A DNA stretch of 63,348 bases, counting the filler, from Trichosphaerium sp. ATCC 40318 (Eukaryota; Protista; Tubulinea): assembly GCA_038496445.1 (NCBI GenBank). It is 4 parts of 4 records of this genome, joined end to end, with 100 filler letters (N's around TTAATTAATTAA, not from the genome) between each part and the next. Parts side by side here need not be neighbours in the genome. Positions count along the whole stretch, not along the records: positions 23,246 to 49,826 come from JALMLS010000468.1; 3 more parts are not named here. One strand, 5' to 3'. Below are positions 23,246 through 36,400 of the stretch, piece after piece (the stretch's first letter is position 1; every line of letters begins with the position of its first letter). Position numbers and translations under genes: made by a program. Under the pieces are notes generated by a model. It was not told the origin of the DNA and ran no database searches. It saw only the letters and a list, made by a program, of their open reading frames with translations.

Positions 23246-23848
23246 AGATTACGCTTTCTATGTAATCAATATGGTACCTCTATTGTACGTACAACATAAT
23301 GAAGCTAAGAGCCATACAAACCAGCAAGAGAAAATGACAATGACTGCCAAAGTTTAGGCTTTGTTCTTCATATTTTCTTACTATTATTTTTCGCACATCT
23401 GCTAGCACAATACTGCAGCTATTATTAAAGCATTGCTGTAGTTTTCTTGTGGCAGTATATGCGATGCTTTCAGTAGAATGTACTCATGCTGTTCTGTTAG
23501 ATAAACTGGAAGAAGACAATAATAAAAGTTTCCTCACAAGAAGCAGAAGAAATTGAAGTATTACCTCTGTTACATGCAGCAATTAAAGAAAAAATATAGA
23601 ACTAATACGCTTTCTACTTGCACGTGATTGTTAAGTTTTGGTTTTTTCTATGTTCTTTTTGTAGACACCTATTGTCTAACAGGGTACTGTAGGAATCAGG
23701 AGTTAATTTTTATGCGAAAAGAAAACGCCATGTAGAAGTCTGCGGTGAAGTAATTATAGATCTGAATGACGACGCACTTGAATGGGCTAAGGAAAGTAAA
23801 TTTCAATTAGGTATTACTTTGTTGGAAGAACACAATGCAAAGCAGTAA
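23246..23848 (+). CDS. 3' part of F-box/ankyrin-repeat gene (inverted-repeat copy)
   Basis: PLLHAAIKEKNIELIRFLL|ESGVNF...DALEWAKESKFQLGITLLEEH are ankyrin-like repeats. Mirror image of 30579-31183. Confidence 0.6.
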
Positions 23849-26800
23849 CCAAAGTTGTAACCTCTAATCAATAAACACAAAGGAATCATGGAAGACGATA
23901 GATTTATTGCTAGCTCTACAATAAGTTTGAGAATTACTCCCTTTTGTAATTAACCCTTAAACATGGACATGCATCAAGAAATGGAATTTGCTATTGCACA
24001 GTCCTCCACGGTATTGTGGTAGCCTCGTGCTACTTTGCAAGCTATATACCACTAGCATATCCTTATGGAGTACTTTACGTGTGCATAAGAACAGAAAGTC
24101 ACGTGCGTACTACAAATCGTGGCTGTAAAAAAGTAGGCTAAACAAGTCACGTGGCATGATATTTTCAGGATGTCCTACAATCACTGCAGGCTCACAGAAA
24201 CGTCTTAGCATACAAACAGACAATAGCGGAGTTGGAAACCGCTCTATTGGCTGTAAAAGTTTACGAAGGTCACGACTAAAATAGAATAACAAATGACAAT
24301 GCGCCAAAGACTAAAGCTGCAGCAATCTGTTTGATGGAATCTCATGGTGTCCATTTAATTGGAAGTAACATTGTAATTTTTTAGTTTAGTTATCTTTCTA
24401 GTAGTAGTTATTGTACACATTGTGGAATTCTTTTTTTTTCCCCTATACATTAATTAGATATTGTCATTTCAGAAATAATGCATTAGGTAACTCGAGTGAA
24501 ACAAACAATACACTAATCAACCATTCACTACAGTGAACATTGTTGTTAAACGACTTTGGATCGAACGATAAATCATCTCAAACGATAAAAATTTGAACTT
24601 GATTGAAACGATTTCAAATAAAAACACTTGATCTTGAATCTAGTTTTTAACCTTAAGGTAAAAGTCTCAATCAAGACCAAACGTTTCTCGATTGAAATCA
24701 TGTATCTCATCTAGCGCAAACGGTTTCAATCAAGATCAAATGTTTTTTTTTTGAAAGCGTGTACCTTATTCACTAGTTGTTTGGCAAAGTTTGATACGGT
24801 ATAATGTATAGCACTGTCAGTAAATATGGTATTTTGCAACACCTTGCTTTGGTATGTCTGCAAACATTTCATGTACGTTATAAACCTTTACAAAAACAAG
24901 AGATAGCAAGCACTATAAATGGACTGCTAGGTCCAATGATTTGGCCTAATCTCTTGACGTTTAGAATGAAAGTAATGAATAGTGTTCTTATTTGAACACT
25001 TCCTGTTCGCTGAACATGAAGACATATTACTTAATAATCTGGAACTGGTTATATCCCTAAAATTGCCACCTGTAGCACTGAGATTCACGGATTTTATGAG
25101 TTTAGAGTTAGAAAAGTTGAGATTTTGATCACGTTCGCTTTAACTTAAGGGAGGCGCTTAAGTTGGTCGGATAATTCACAACAGTATTGTCCGTTTCGCC
25201 ATTTTAAAGTAATACTACCCTTGCACTCAGTCTGTACCAACGAACACTGACACCCAGGGACATTTTCGACTCTCGCCTATTGTCACTTCTAATTCAAATA
25301 ATAGCCAACTTTTGTTGAACTCAGTATGTTCAAATTAGCACTTACTCAATGGTAAGAACATTACTCTACTACAAATCAAAGGTATGTTAACAAACAGAAA
25401 ACAAAATTAATGAAGTCTTGAACTCTACGTTTGCTGACACTACGCGGGTGAGTTTACTTGTATTTGATGTAAAAAAAAAAGAAATGTTGCATTTTACTTT
25501 TATTTGTGTGACCCAATATCTACATTCCATGCTTCTGGAGCATGGCTTATGCAAAAGCTATTGCAATCGCCGACTTGAATTCATACTTTGTAGACAAATG
25601 TATACTTGCTGTGCAACGTCAATGTTATCCTGAACACTTCCAAAAGAATCACTATCTGAATCATAACCATTTTTTTCAGCACATTTGAATTCTTCCTGTC
25701 TTTTTAGTTCTTGTAGAAAGATAACAACACTATTTGATATGTAACGCCTTTGCTTTGGTTGGTCTTTCAAATATGATCTGTAAAAAACCAGTGAGATTAG
25801 GTACTATCTAACCAACAATGGGATGAAGTATTAAATGCTCAAAAAAAACGTCAGAAATGCCCACATAAAGAAAGTGGAGATTGTAACTTTAAAAACATGT
25901 CCACGGTTTAGAAAAGGATTCACGTGTTGTAGTTATCTTTTCAAAGATATAGGAGTTTTCACAATGCTAGTGTAAACGTCTCAATGTAAAAACAACAGAA
26001 ACTGGTTTGCTCCAAAACACTTGCCTGAAACAGTCTATGGACAGTAATGTTTCTAGAGCAGTAACCTTAACTATATCCTGATCACTATTCGATAGTACAT
26101 ACTTTATGACAGTGATAATACTGCTTGCATGCTTGATAGCCAGTGTTTGGGATGCCTAAGACAAAAATCTCAATATTATCTTAACTTTAAGATAGTTCAA
26201 TAGTTCAATGCAAATATAATGGCTAAGTAGCACTATCTAGTATTGTGAAGCTGTAAATAAAGATGATGATGGATGAATGTACCTCTACACCACATTGTAT
26301 TAGTTTGATAGCTTGGAGTTGTTTTCTGGTGTTGTTCACACATAACTTAAAACACTTTGGGATAATGATACCAAAGAACTCTGGCCATTTTCCATTTGCT
26401 AATTCAACCCTTGCAACAGCTTGTAATGGCATAGATTTTGACCTCACATAGTTTGTATCACAATTCCATAAGTATAGATCAACAGTCTTTTAATTAGAGC
26501 GTCAGATTGTATTATGTTGTAAAAAGGAAAAAGAAACAACATGTACTTTTTTTTTTATATCTTCCTTGACCTTCTGATCAAGCATGTGCCATTTCATCTA
26601 ATTAACTATTTAATATGACTAGCATAGTAGTTATTTTAAAGTGTACTGTAGCTTGTATAAGCGAGTTCTTGAAACTGATTGAAGACATTAACATAATTTC
26701 TTTGGGTAAGCTGTTGTTCATTGTTAAGCGTAGAAACGCTGTTAAAACCATTCCCTTAGAGAGATAAAAGTTAGTCAGTACTTAATAAATTAATAAGTTG

Positions 26801-27061
26801 CAGAAAAAGCATTGATGTGCAAGGCTATCAAGGTCCAACAAAAAAAATGTTGGTAAAACACGTGATCTCTACTAAAAGTCACCGCCAGAGAAATATGTTA
26901 ACAAACTTTAGTAGCCGATATGAATCAAGTGTTAATTCTAAAACAGCGTCACAGTCTTTTTTTGGTTCCACTTTTCAACGATTGCTACAGTAACCCCAAT
27001 AAAAAAAATAGTTACAAAAATATTTCTACTCTGTTCATTGCAACCGAAGTGTTGAAAGCTA

Positions 27062-28870
27062 ATGTTGTTGTCTTTTTACAAGATTAGTTCTCTAAAACTG
27101 TCATCCATTAATGCCCACCTCTACCAACGAATAATTGATCGATTAGTGAAAAGAAAAGCAGTGCCAAGGCAACTATATAAAAGAATGCTGGGTGTCATGG
27201 CATGTGCATTGTACGACAACAGTAACTTAACATATTTGTTAAGCCGTATACTGTTTCTTCGCAGTACAAGAATGGAAGTAAGCGATGAACAACTTATTAA
27301 TATACTAAGTGGTTGTAAATGTAGGTACGTGGCATTACTGGATGTTTTAGATGATAATCTTGTAATAAGACAACAACATTCGTCAACAGGCAATGAGAGA
27401 GCTAGAAGAGTTCCAAAACAAAGAATTGGTACGATTAAAACCGCCAATCGTTGAAAGTAACCAAAAAACTGTCTGTGACGCTGTTTTGTTGCTTCAACAA
27501 GTAACACATATCGTTTACTAAAGTGGTTTGCAATTTCTCTGCGGTGACTTTTAGTAGAGATCACGTGTTTTACCACCATTTTTTTTGTTGGACCTTGATA
27601 GCCTTGCACATCAATGCTTTTTCTGCAACTTATTAATTTATTAAGTACTGACTAACTTTTATCTCTCTAAGGGAATGGTTTTAACAGCGTTTCTACGCTT
27701 AACAATGAACAACAGCTTACCCAAAGAAATTATGTTAATGTCTTCAATCAGTTTCAAGAACTCGCTTATACAAGCTACAGTACACTTTAAAATAACTACT
27801 ATGCTAGTCATATTAAATAGTTAATTAGATGAAATGGCACATGCTTGATCAGAAGGTCAAGGAAGATATTAAAAAAAAAGTACATGTTGTTTCTTTTTCC
27901 TTTTTACAACATAATACAATCTGACGCTCTAATTAAAAGACTGTTGATCTATACTTATGGAATTGTGATACAAACTATGTGAGGTCAAAATCTATGCCAT
28001 TACAAGCTGTTGCAAGGGTTGAATTAGCAAATGGAAAATGGCCAGAGTTCTTTGGTATCATTATCCCAAAGTGTTTTAAGTTATGTGTGAACAACACCAG
28101 AAAACAACTCCAAGCTATCAAACTAATACAATGTGGTGTAGAGGTACATTCATCCATCATCATCTTTATTTACAGCTTCACAATACTAGATAGTGCTACT
28201 TAGCCATTATATTTGCATTGAACTATTGAACTATCTTAAAGTTAAGATAATATTGAGATTTTTGTCTTAGGCATCCCAAACACTGGCTATCAAGCATGCA
28301 AGCAGTATTATCACTGTCATAAAGTATGTACTATCGAATAGTGATCAGGATATAGTTAAGGTTACTGCTCTAGAAACATTACTGTCCATAGACTGTTTCA
28401 GGCAAGTGCTTTTTGGAGCAAACCAGTTTCTGTTGTTTTTACATTGAGACGTTTACACTAGCATTGTGAAAACTCCTATATCTTTGAAAAGATAACTACA
28501 ACACGTGAATCCTTTTCTAAACCGTGGACATGTTTTTAAAGTTACAATCTCCACTTTCTTTATGTGGGCATTTCTGACGTTTTTTTTGAGCATTTAATAC
28601 TTCATCCCATTGTTGGTTAGATAGTACCTAATCTCACTGGTTTTTTACAGATCATATTTGAAAGACCAACCAAAGCAAAGGCGTTACATATCAAATAGTG
28701 TTGTTATCTTTCTACAAGAACTAAAAAGACAGGAAGAATTCAAATGTGCTGAAAAAAATGGTTATGATTCAGATAGTGATTCTTTTGGAAGTGTTCAGGA
28801 TAACATTGACGTTGCACAGCAAGTATACATTTGTCTACAAAGTATGAATTCAAGTCGGCGATTGCAATAG
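27062..28870 (+). CDS. Fragmentary multi-exon hypothetical gene running from the spacer into the right arm (mirror copy on - strand in the left arm)
   Basis: Open exon-like segments (27062-27454, 27979-28203, 28658-28870) with splice-like boundaries. No domain recognised. Confidence 0.3.
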
Positions 28871-30578
28871 CTTTTGCATAAGCCATGCTCCAGAAGCATG
28901 GAATGTAGATATTGGGTCACACAAATAAAAGTAAAATGCAACATTTCTTTTTTTTTTACATCAAATACAAGTAAACTCACCCGCGTAGTGTCAGCAAACG
29001 TAGAGTTCAAGACTTCATTAATTTTGTTTTCTGTTTGTTAACATACCTTTGATTTGTAGTAGAGTAATGTTCTTACCATTGAGTAAGTGCTAATTTGAAC
29101 ATACTGAGTTCAACAAAAGTTGGCTATTATTTGAATTAGAAGTGACAATAGGCGAGAGTCGAAAATGTCCCTGGGTGTCAGTGTTCGTTGGTACAGACTG
29201 AGTGCAAGGGTAGTATTACTTTAAAATGGCGAAACGGACAATACTGTTGTGAATTATCCGACCAACTTAAGCGCCTCCCTTAAGTTAAAGCGAACGTGAT
29301 CAAAATCTCAACTTTTCTAACTCTAAACTCATAAAATCCGTGAATCTCAGTGCTACAGGTGGCAATTTTAGGGATATAATCAGTTCCAGATTATTAAGTA
29401 ATATGTCTTCATGTTCAGCGAACAGGAAGTGTTCAAATAAGAACACTATTCATTACTTTCATTCTAAACGTCAAGAGATTAGGCCAAATCATTGGACCTA
29501 GCAGTCCATTTATAGTGCTTGCTATCTCTTGTTTTTGTAAAGGTTTATAACGTACATGAAATGTTTGCAGACATACCAAAGCAAGGTGTTGCAAAATACC
29601 ATATTTACTGACAGTGCTATACATTATACCGTATCAAACTTTGCCAAACAACTAGTGAATAAGGTACACGCTTTCAAAAAAAAAACATTTGATCTTGATT
29701 GAAACCGTTTGCGTTAGATGAGATACATGATTTCAATCGATAAACGTTTGGTCTTGATTGAGACTTTTACCTTAAGGTTAAAAACTAGATTCAAGATCAA
29801 GTGTTTTTATTTGAAATCGTTTCAATCAAGTTCAAATGTTTATCGTTTGAGATGATTTATCGTTCGATCCAAAGTCGTTTAACAACAATGTTCACTGTAG
29901 TGAATGCTTGATTAGTGTATTGTCTGTTTCACTCGAGTTACCCAATGCATTATTTCTGAAATGACAATATCTAATTAATGTATAGGGGAAAAAAAAAGAA
30001 TTCCACAATGTACAATAACTACTACTAGAAAGATAACTAAACTAAAAAATTACAATGTTACTTCCAATTAAATGGACACCATGAGATTCCATCAAACAGA
30101 TTGCTGCAGCTTTAGTCTTTGGCGCATTGTCATTTGTTATTCTATTTTAGTCGTGACCTTCGTAAACTTTTACAGCCAATAGAGCGGTTTCCAACTCCGC
30201 TATTGTCTGTTTGTATGCTAAGACGTTTCTGTGAGCCTGCAGTGATTGTAGGACATCCTGAAAATATCATGCCACGTGACTTGTTTAGCCTACTTTTTTA
30301 CAGCCACCGATTTGTAGTACGCACGTGACTTTCTGTTCTTATGCACACGTAAAGTACTCCATAAGGATATGCTAGTGGTATATAGCTTGCAAAGTAGCAC
30401 GAGGCTACCACAATACCGTGGAGGACTGTGCAATAGCAAATTCCATTTCTTGATGCATGTCCATGTTTAAGGGTTAATTACAAAAGGGAGTAATTCTCAA
30501 ACTTATTGTAGAGCTAGCAATAAATCTATCGTCTTCCATGATTCCTTTGTGTTTATTGATTAGAGGTTACAACTTTGG

Positions 30579-31450
30579 TTACTGCTTTGCATTGTGTTCT
30601 TCCAACAAAGTAATACCTAATTGAAATTTACTTTCCTTAGCCCATTCAAGTGCGTCGTCATTCAGATCTATAATTACTTCACCGCAGACTTCTACATGGC
30701 GTTTTCTTTTCGCATAAAAATTAACTCCTGATTCCTACAGTACCCTGTTAGACAATAGGTTGTCTACAAAAAGAACATAGAAAAAACCAAAACTTAACAA
30801 TCACGTGCAAGTAGAAAGCGTATTAGTTCTATATTTTTTTCTTTAATTGCTGCATGTAACAGAGGTAATACTTCAATTTCTTCTGCTTCTTGTGAGGAAA
30901 CTTTTATTATTGTCTTCTTCCAGTTTATCTAACAGAACAGCATGAGTACATTCTACTGAAAGCATCGCATATACTGCCACAAGAAAACTACAGCAATGCT
31001 TTAATAATAGCTGCAGTATTGTGCTAGCAGATGTGCGAAAAATAATAGTAAGAAAATATGAAGAACAAAGCCTAAACTTTGGCAGTCATTGTCATTTTCT
31101 CTTGCTGGTTTGTATGGCTCTTAGCTTCATTATGTTGTACGTACAATAGAGGTACCATATTGATTACATAGAAAGCGTAATCTGTCAACTTTGGAGTTCT
31201 TTACATGAACAAATACAAACGGCTCAATAGTCTTTGTTATCCTCACATAATGAGTTCTTACTATTTTTGCCACGCTTAGATTAGACTCAAATATGACTAT
31301 GCTCCAATACACACTAACACAGCTAGCTGCTTGTATTGTTTTATCGTCCATTCCTTGGAATATAATCACTAAAATCTAAAATAACTATTAAAGAGGTTAT
31401 TAATGCTTATTGATTACCTCAGGAAGCTTTAACGGATTTAATGTTGTCAT
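30579..31450 (-). CDS. F-box + ankyrin-repeat protein
   Basis: MTTLNPLKLPE|ILVIIFQGMDDKTIQAASCVSVYW (F-box) followed by the ankyrin exons. Confidence 0.65.
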
Positions 31451-32719
31451 CAAAAGGTATGCTTGCTTTATACGTTCAATACTATGAGCGCATTTAAGTC
31501 TATTTCCATTTATCTGTAAACCGTTCAATGAATGTTATGTTCTAAGATACCTTTTGAGCACATTTAATTTCGACATCAAGCTAGTGACTAGTAGTTGTAA
31601 GTTGTTTAATCGGTAATAATACTAAAATACAGTAAAAGCAAAAAAATAACGTAAACGCATTGTCACGTAACAAAAGGCGTACAGTTTTTGGAATTTAAGA
31701 TTCGTAAAGTTGAATACAAATTATGTTGTTGAAAAGCTCGCCACCATTTACCAGACATGCTTCTACCTCTTCGTCATGTCCTGCTACTGAGCATACAAAC
31801 ATCAAGACAACAGAAAGAGTGGTCAGTGATAACATAGTCGTTGGAGAAAAGGTGTTCATTGTGAGTAAAATAGTTCCTTTGTTCAATCATAGATATTATT
31901 TCAACTGGAAAGAAATTTATGAGGTAAATTTGGAATGTACAATGTTGTTCCTATCATAAAAGCCTTTGTCAAACAACATGGATCCTTGTGCTTGGATTGT
32001 CTTTACAAAAGCTAAACAAATTACCGTTAGAGAATTTTTCTCTAAGCAGTTGAAGAAAAAGTAAAAAATGTGTCAGTGACACAGCAGTCAGCTACTCACC
32101 TGAAACTGCCGTATGCGATAGGTTAAGGTTTGTATTTCAAGGGGAAGATCTTAACAGAGATGCACAATAAGTACATTATATGCAATTATCATAGGAAATA
32201 TGTGCCTTGCTCTTTTCAGCAAAAAAGGAACTTTTAATGCCTTATTTAAGAGCAGCAACACCTTTTTCTGTCAAATGAATGGGCCAGATCTGCTTAAACA
32301 GTAATGTACTACTTATCCCTGATATCCGCAAACAACGCCGTTTAGAAACAATTTTGTTCACTATCTTATGCAACATCCCAAACAGCCAAAAATGATGCAT
32401 ACATACTACACGTGCATGTTGAATACAATACATCATTTCTGGCTGTTTGGGATGTTGCATAAGTTAGAAAGAGGAAAAAAACTGTAAACATTTTTGGAAA
32501 AAGTGCACTACAACAAATGAAAAGCGGTTAACTCGGTTTTATATCGCTAATCAAGATCAATAAGCTGAACTTGACGTTTTTGCGGAGCCACGACTAACGT
32601 TTTAGTGTGCACAATCATGTTCGATGCACTACTACTCTTTATACACTTTCAAGGTATAAATGATGAACAAAAATAACCTAGCTAGAAGATTTTCACATTT
32701 TACAATAACGTCATACCAT

Positions 32720-33200
32720 AAAAACAGTAAAACGTATTTATTTTTTCTCACGGCTACAGGTTTATATTAAGCTCTCATACTTACTGTGTAGATTCAAAGC
32801 ATGCAGTGCTTACACCGCAGCACATTCAACTGCTTAGCGAAAAATTCTCTATAACTTTGAGGCTACAGTAAATATGCATGACGTCAAGCTATTTGGAGCT
32901 AATTAACCCAGTACTAAAAGAAAACTGTTCTGATTTATTTGAAGAACGCGTAATGCTGACTTTTTGTACCTGTACAAATCAAAGATCAATGGTATGAACA
33001 CCAGACTGTGCCTTGATATGTTACACAACATCCATACAAATTGTAAAGCTTGATTGAATGAACACCAGCAAAATGCTTTGACAATATCATCAGGTTTGAG
33101 AAGCCGCTAAACGTGCTTGATTAGTATGGCGTAGGATGTATTCTAAAATCTCTGTTGGGAAGTCTAATATGCTTACCTGTGCACAATTGGATATATTAGA
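32720..33200 (-). pseudogene. F-box-containing gene, apparently disrupted
   Basis: SILDFPTEILEYILRH (F-box start) followed by in-frame stops. Confidence 0.4.
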
Positions 33201-33487
33201 ACATAGTAATAAGTGTAAGAACTTACAAAACTTAAGGGACCCGTCAGATCTGACTATACTCGAAAACCAAAAGGCACAAACAACAGATTGGGCTGGATTA
33301 CTTCTTATGTTAGTACACGTAAAATGATATTTGCCTTTGCGCAGAGCATGCACTTTCATGCTCTGCCGTTTTAGAACCAAGGTTCTACCAAAAATAGACA
33401 GCAACGTAGTTTGTAGAAAAAAAATGTAGCCAGTAAAGTACATTAAGGAAAGTCACATGACTAACAGTTGCCTAGTTACAAAATACC

Positions 33488-36400
33488 ATGGCTGAAGAAG
33501 CATCAAACGCTATTGTGACAGTCACCATTGTTGGTAATGATACGAATAATATAAAACAAAGGTTACTCGACTCTTTCGAATCAGAGTATTGCTTTCTCAA
33601 AGGAGGTGAGAGTACTGGATTAGATTGTACAAAAATATCTGATACAGGCACGGGTTTCTCGCAAACCAATGCAAGTTGAGTCTAAACTAAACGTACTTTA
33701 GAGCGACACTACAACGAGCGTTCGGTGCTGAAATGGAGGCTAATGGTACTAGAGATTTACGCAAGCAGCTAATTACAATTTAAGTAACTTTACCTATAGT
33801 ACAGTTACGAATCAGACCCAAAAAGAAACCTATCCTACCCAGTACGAGCTAGAAACTTTTATTGTTGTTAGCGAAATCAGATATAAATTTGATAAAAAAA
33901 AAACCGTTTTGTTTGTAGGTAGCTGACGTGTTCATTCTCATCTTCTCAATTGCTGATCCGAATAGCTTTCAAAACATAAAAGACAAGGTTTGTTGAGTAC
34001 GATTAAAAGTTGTCCACTGTGCTAACACAAAAGGTGTTAGTGGATACCAGAAATAAGACGCTTTGCTCCTTATACACGTTATTTGCTGGTTGGCTGTGAG
34101 CGAGAGCTAAGGTGTGATGCAAGATTAGTAAAAAATCTTGCTGACAAAGGATTACATACGGTTACTAATGCTCAAGGTTTCTCACTAACGCCGCAGTCTT
34201 TTTTCTAATTATCAAAAAGGTGTTAAAATGGCACATGAAATCGGTGCTTTTCAATACACAGAGTGTTCATTCACTGAGACTCAAACCAATATTGATAAAG
34301 TGTTCGATACTTGCATGTTTAGGACATCAAACATCAGCAGAGTGTATAATGGTGTGAAATTACTTATCCTTGGACATGGCGGTTCAGGTATGTCACGCTT
34401 ACAGGCAGCCTATTAAACCCTTTCAGGCAAAACTACCCTGCTTGACAAAATAGATGAACAACGAAACAAAGATGTCTTGAAATCCACAATATCTTTAGAT
34501 ATGCGCTCATTGAAGCTTGTTAAGAACATGTCAATCAAAGCATACGATTTTGGAGGTCAAATCGAGTATCTGACGAGTCATAAATCTTTCTTTTCAAACA
34601 AAGATTCGCTCTATATTATTGTGGTAATGTTAAAACTTTGCCAAAAAATTTTCATTAATGCTCACGTGATTTTTACAAGGTTGATGTGTCTGCAGATTTA
34701 AAAAACCAAACACAACAAATAAAACACTGGCTTGAGGTTCTTGATTCCAAAGGGTTACTATATGCAAAGCACCTAAGGCATTTAATAGTTGTCGGCAACA
34801 AACTTGATCTTGTTGTTGATCATAAAAATGATCTAAGCAAAATTGCAAGCAACATATCGAAGCAACTGCAGTATGTATCAAAAATACCAGGAAATAAGAT
34901 ACAAGTTATTTTCAATAGGGATACAATCTTTTCATCTCTATCCAGTGCGTTAAATTCTTTGTTGTGGTGTTTTCTAATGAAATTAATAGATAAAAGTGTG
35001 GATAAATTCAAAAAAGTGCTAGTAAGTTGTATACAGTCACTCAAAACGAATGTACCATACCTGTGGAGAGTCTATGAATTTATTCTTGTCGAATCAACCT
35101 TATTTGATAAATATCAAGTACTTTGGAAGCTGTAAGACATTGCTATCTTTCTTTTTATGTAACAGTCTGCATAGAGAAGATCTGTATCAATTTCTTGAAC
35201 GACACAAGGGTTTTGTACGGCAAATTATGCAGACAGATGGTAGATATAGTGAAGCATGGGTAAATCATATGCTAGGAGAAGAGAGAGAAAGCAACGACAA
35301 GCTGTTAGTACTTGCTATTGAATACTTGCATTGTATAGGGAAAATAACATACAATAAGGTATTTGCAGTTTGTTAATAGCACTGATTGATTACTCTAGCA
35401 AACACAATGGGTTTGTTTGAGGCCAGAAATGATTGCCCAAGTTATTGCCAGTTTTGTAGGTCCACAACAACATATCAACCGAGTACACGGATATACCAAG
35501 ACTCTCAAGACACATAGAACAGCGATTGTAAGCTATTTTGTTGCCAAAGAAAAAATCAAGTCCATACCAGGTCTTAGAGCAATTACTGATAAAGAGTGTG
35601 ATACCATTTTATCTTTTATGGAAGCACTCAACATATGTTACAAGCTCAATACAGCAGAAGTGGTACAGCATTGTGTAAGTATTAGAATTTCACACTTAAC
35701 TTGTTGGCTAGGAAAACTATGGTCAAAACGGATACTTGTTTTATAGCTTGAGACCTGAAGCTGAGATGATGTATCTACCTCCTCCAATGCCCAACGATCA
35801 CAAGGAGGTGTTTATAAAGGATAAGAGGAAAAAGAACAAAAGCATGAGAGTTTGTCACGTGACCAAAGGTTGTTAAAAGAACTTATAGAGTACCTTTAAT
35901 TTCTTTTAGGCCACAAAGATAGACGTGGTGGGCCAGTTTCAGAAAAAAAAGAGAAAAAGCAATTAATAATCACTAGTGACCTACCGAAATTATCTGCAAA
36001 GAAAACTTTGGTGTTTCACTGTTTGGATCAGAAAAGAGGCAATATTAAAGTACAAGTGAAACACTCTGAACGGGCTTGCTTTTCCTTCCTCAAGACCGTT
36101 CGAGTACTAGCTTTCAATTTAAAAATAGAAAACAAACGAATTACTGTTGACGTTTTCAATGAACTTCAAGGGAAGCTACGAAGTATGGCCAAGGGTTGAT
36201 GTATTTCTCATTTTTTTCTTGTAGGGTTTCAAGATAGTAGATACAAGTTGTTTAGTAACTCTATGATTCTAAAAGATACGGATGGGAACGTCATGTGTTT
36301 GTACTTCAATAATGAAAATATAACTATTGTTGTCCGTGGCCTTGTTCCCGAGACTTGGAAGGTACTGTTCCTAATGTTCCATTTTATAACTTATTAATTA

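Larger units (their letters stand above)
23246..31183. repeat. ~3.7-kb inverted repeat (arms ~23246-26984 and ~27445-31183) around a ~460-bp spacer
   Basis: Mirror ORF pairs (24804/29433, 25418/28795, 25558/28658, 26223/27979, 26263/27975). The ends agattacgctttc... and ...gaaagcgtaatct are reverse complements, with only scattered mismatches. Confidence 0.97.

Noticed and set aside
24526-24545. CACTACAGTG / TA-CAGTG as a CACTA or Tc1 terminus
   Set aside because: Its only inverted partner is the mirror position in the large palindrome, and arm identity continues beyond it.
31723-32170. Possible ubiquitin-like domain (LRFVFQGEDL)
   Set aside because: Only a short motif, and the exon chain could not be supported.
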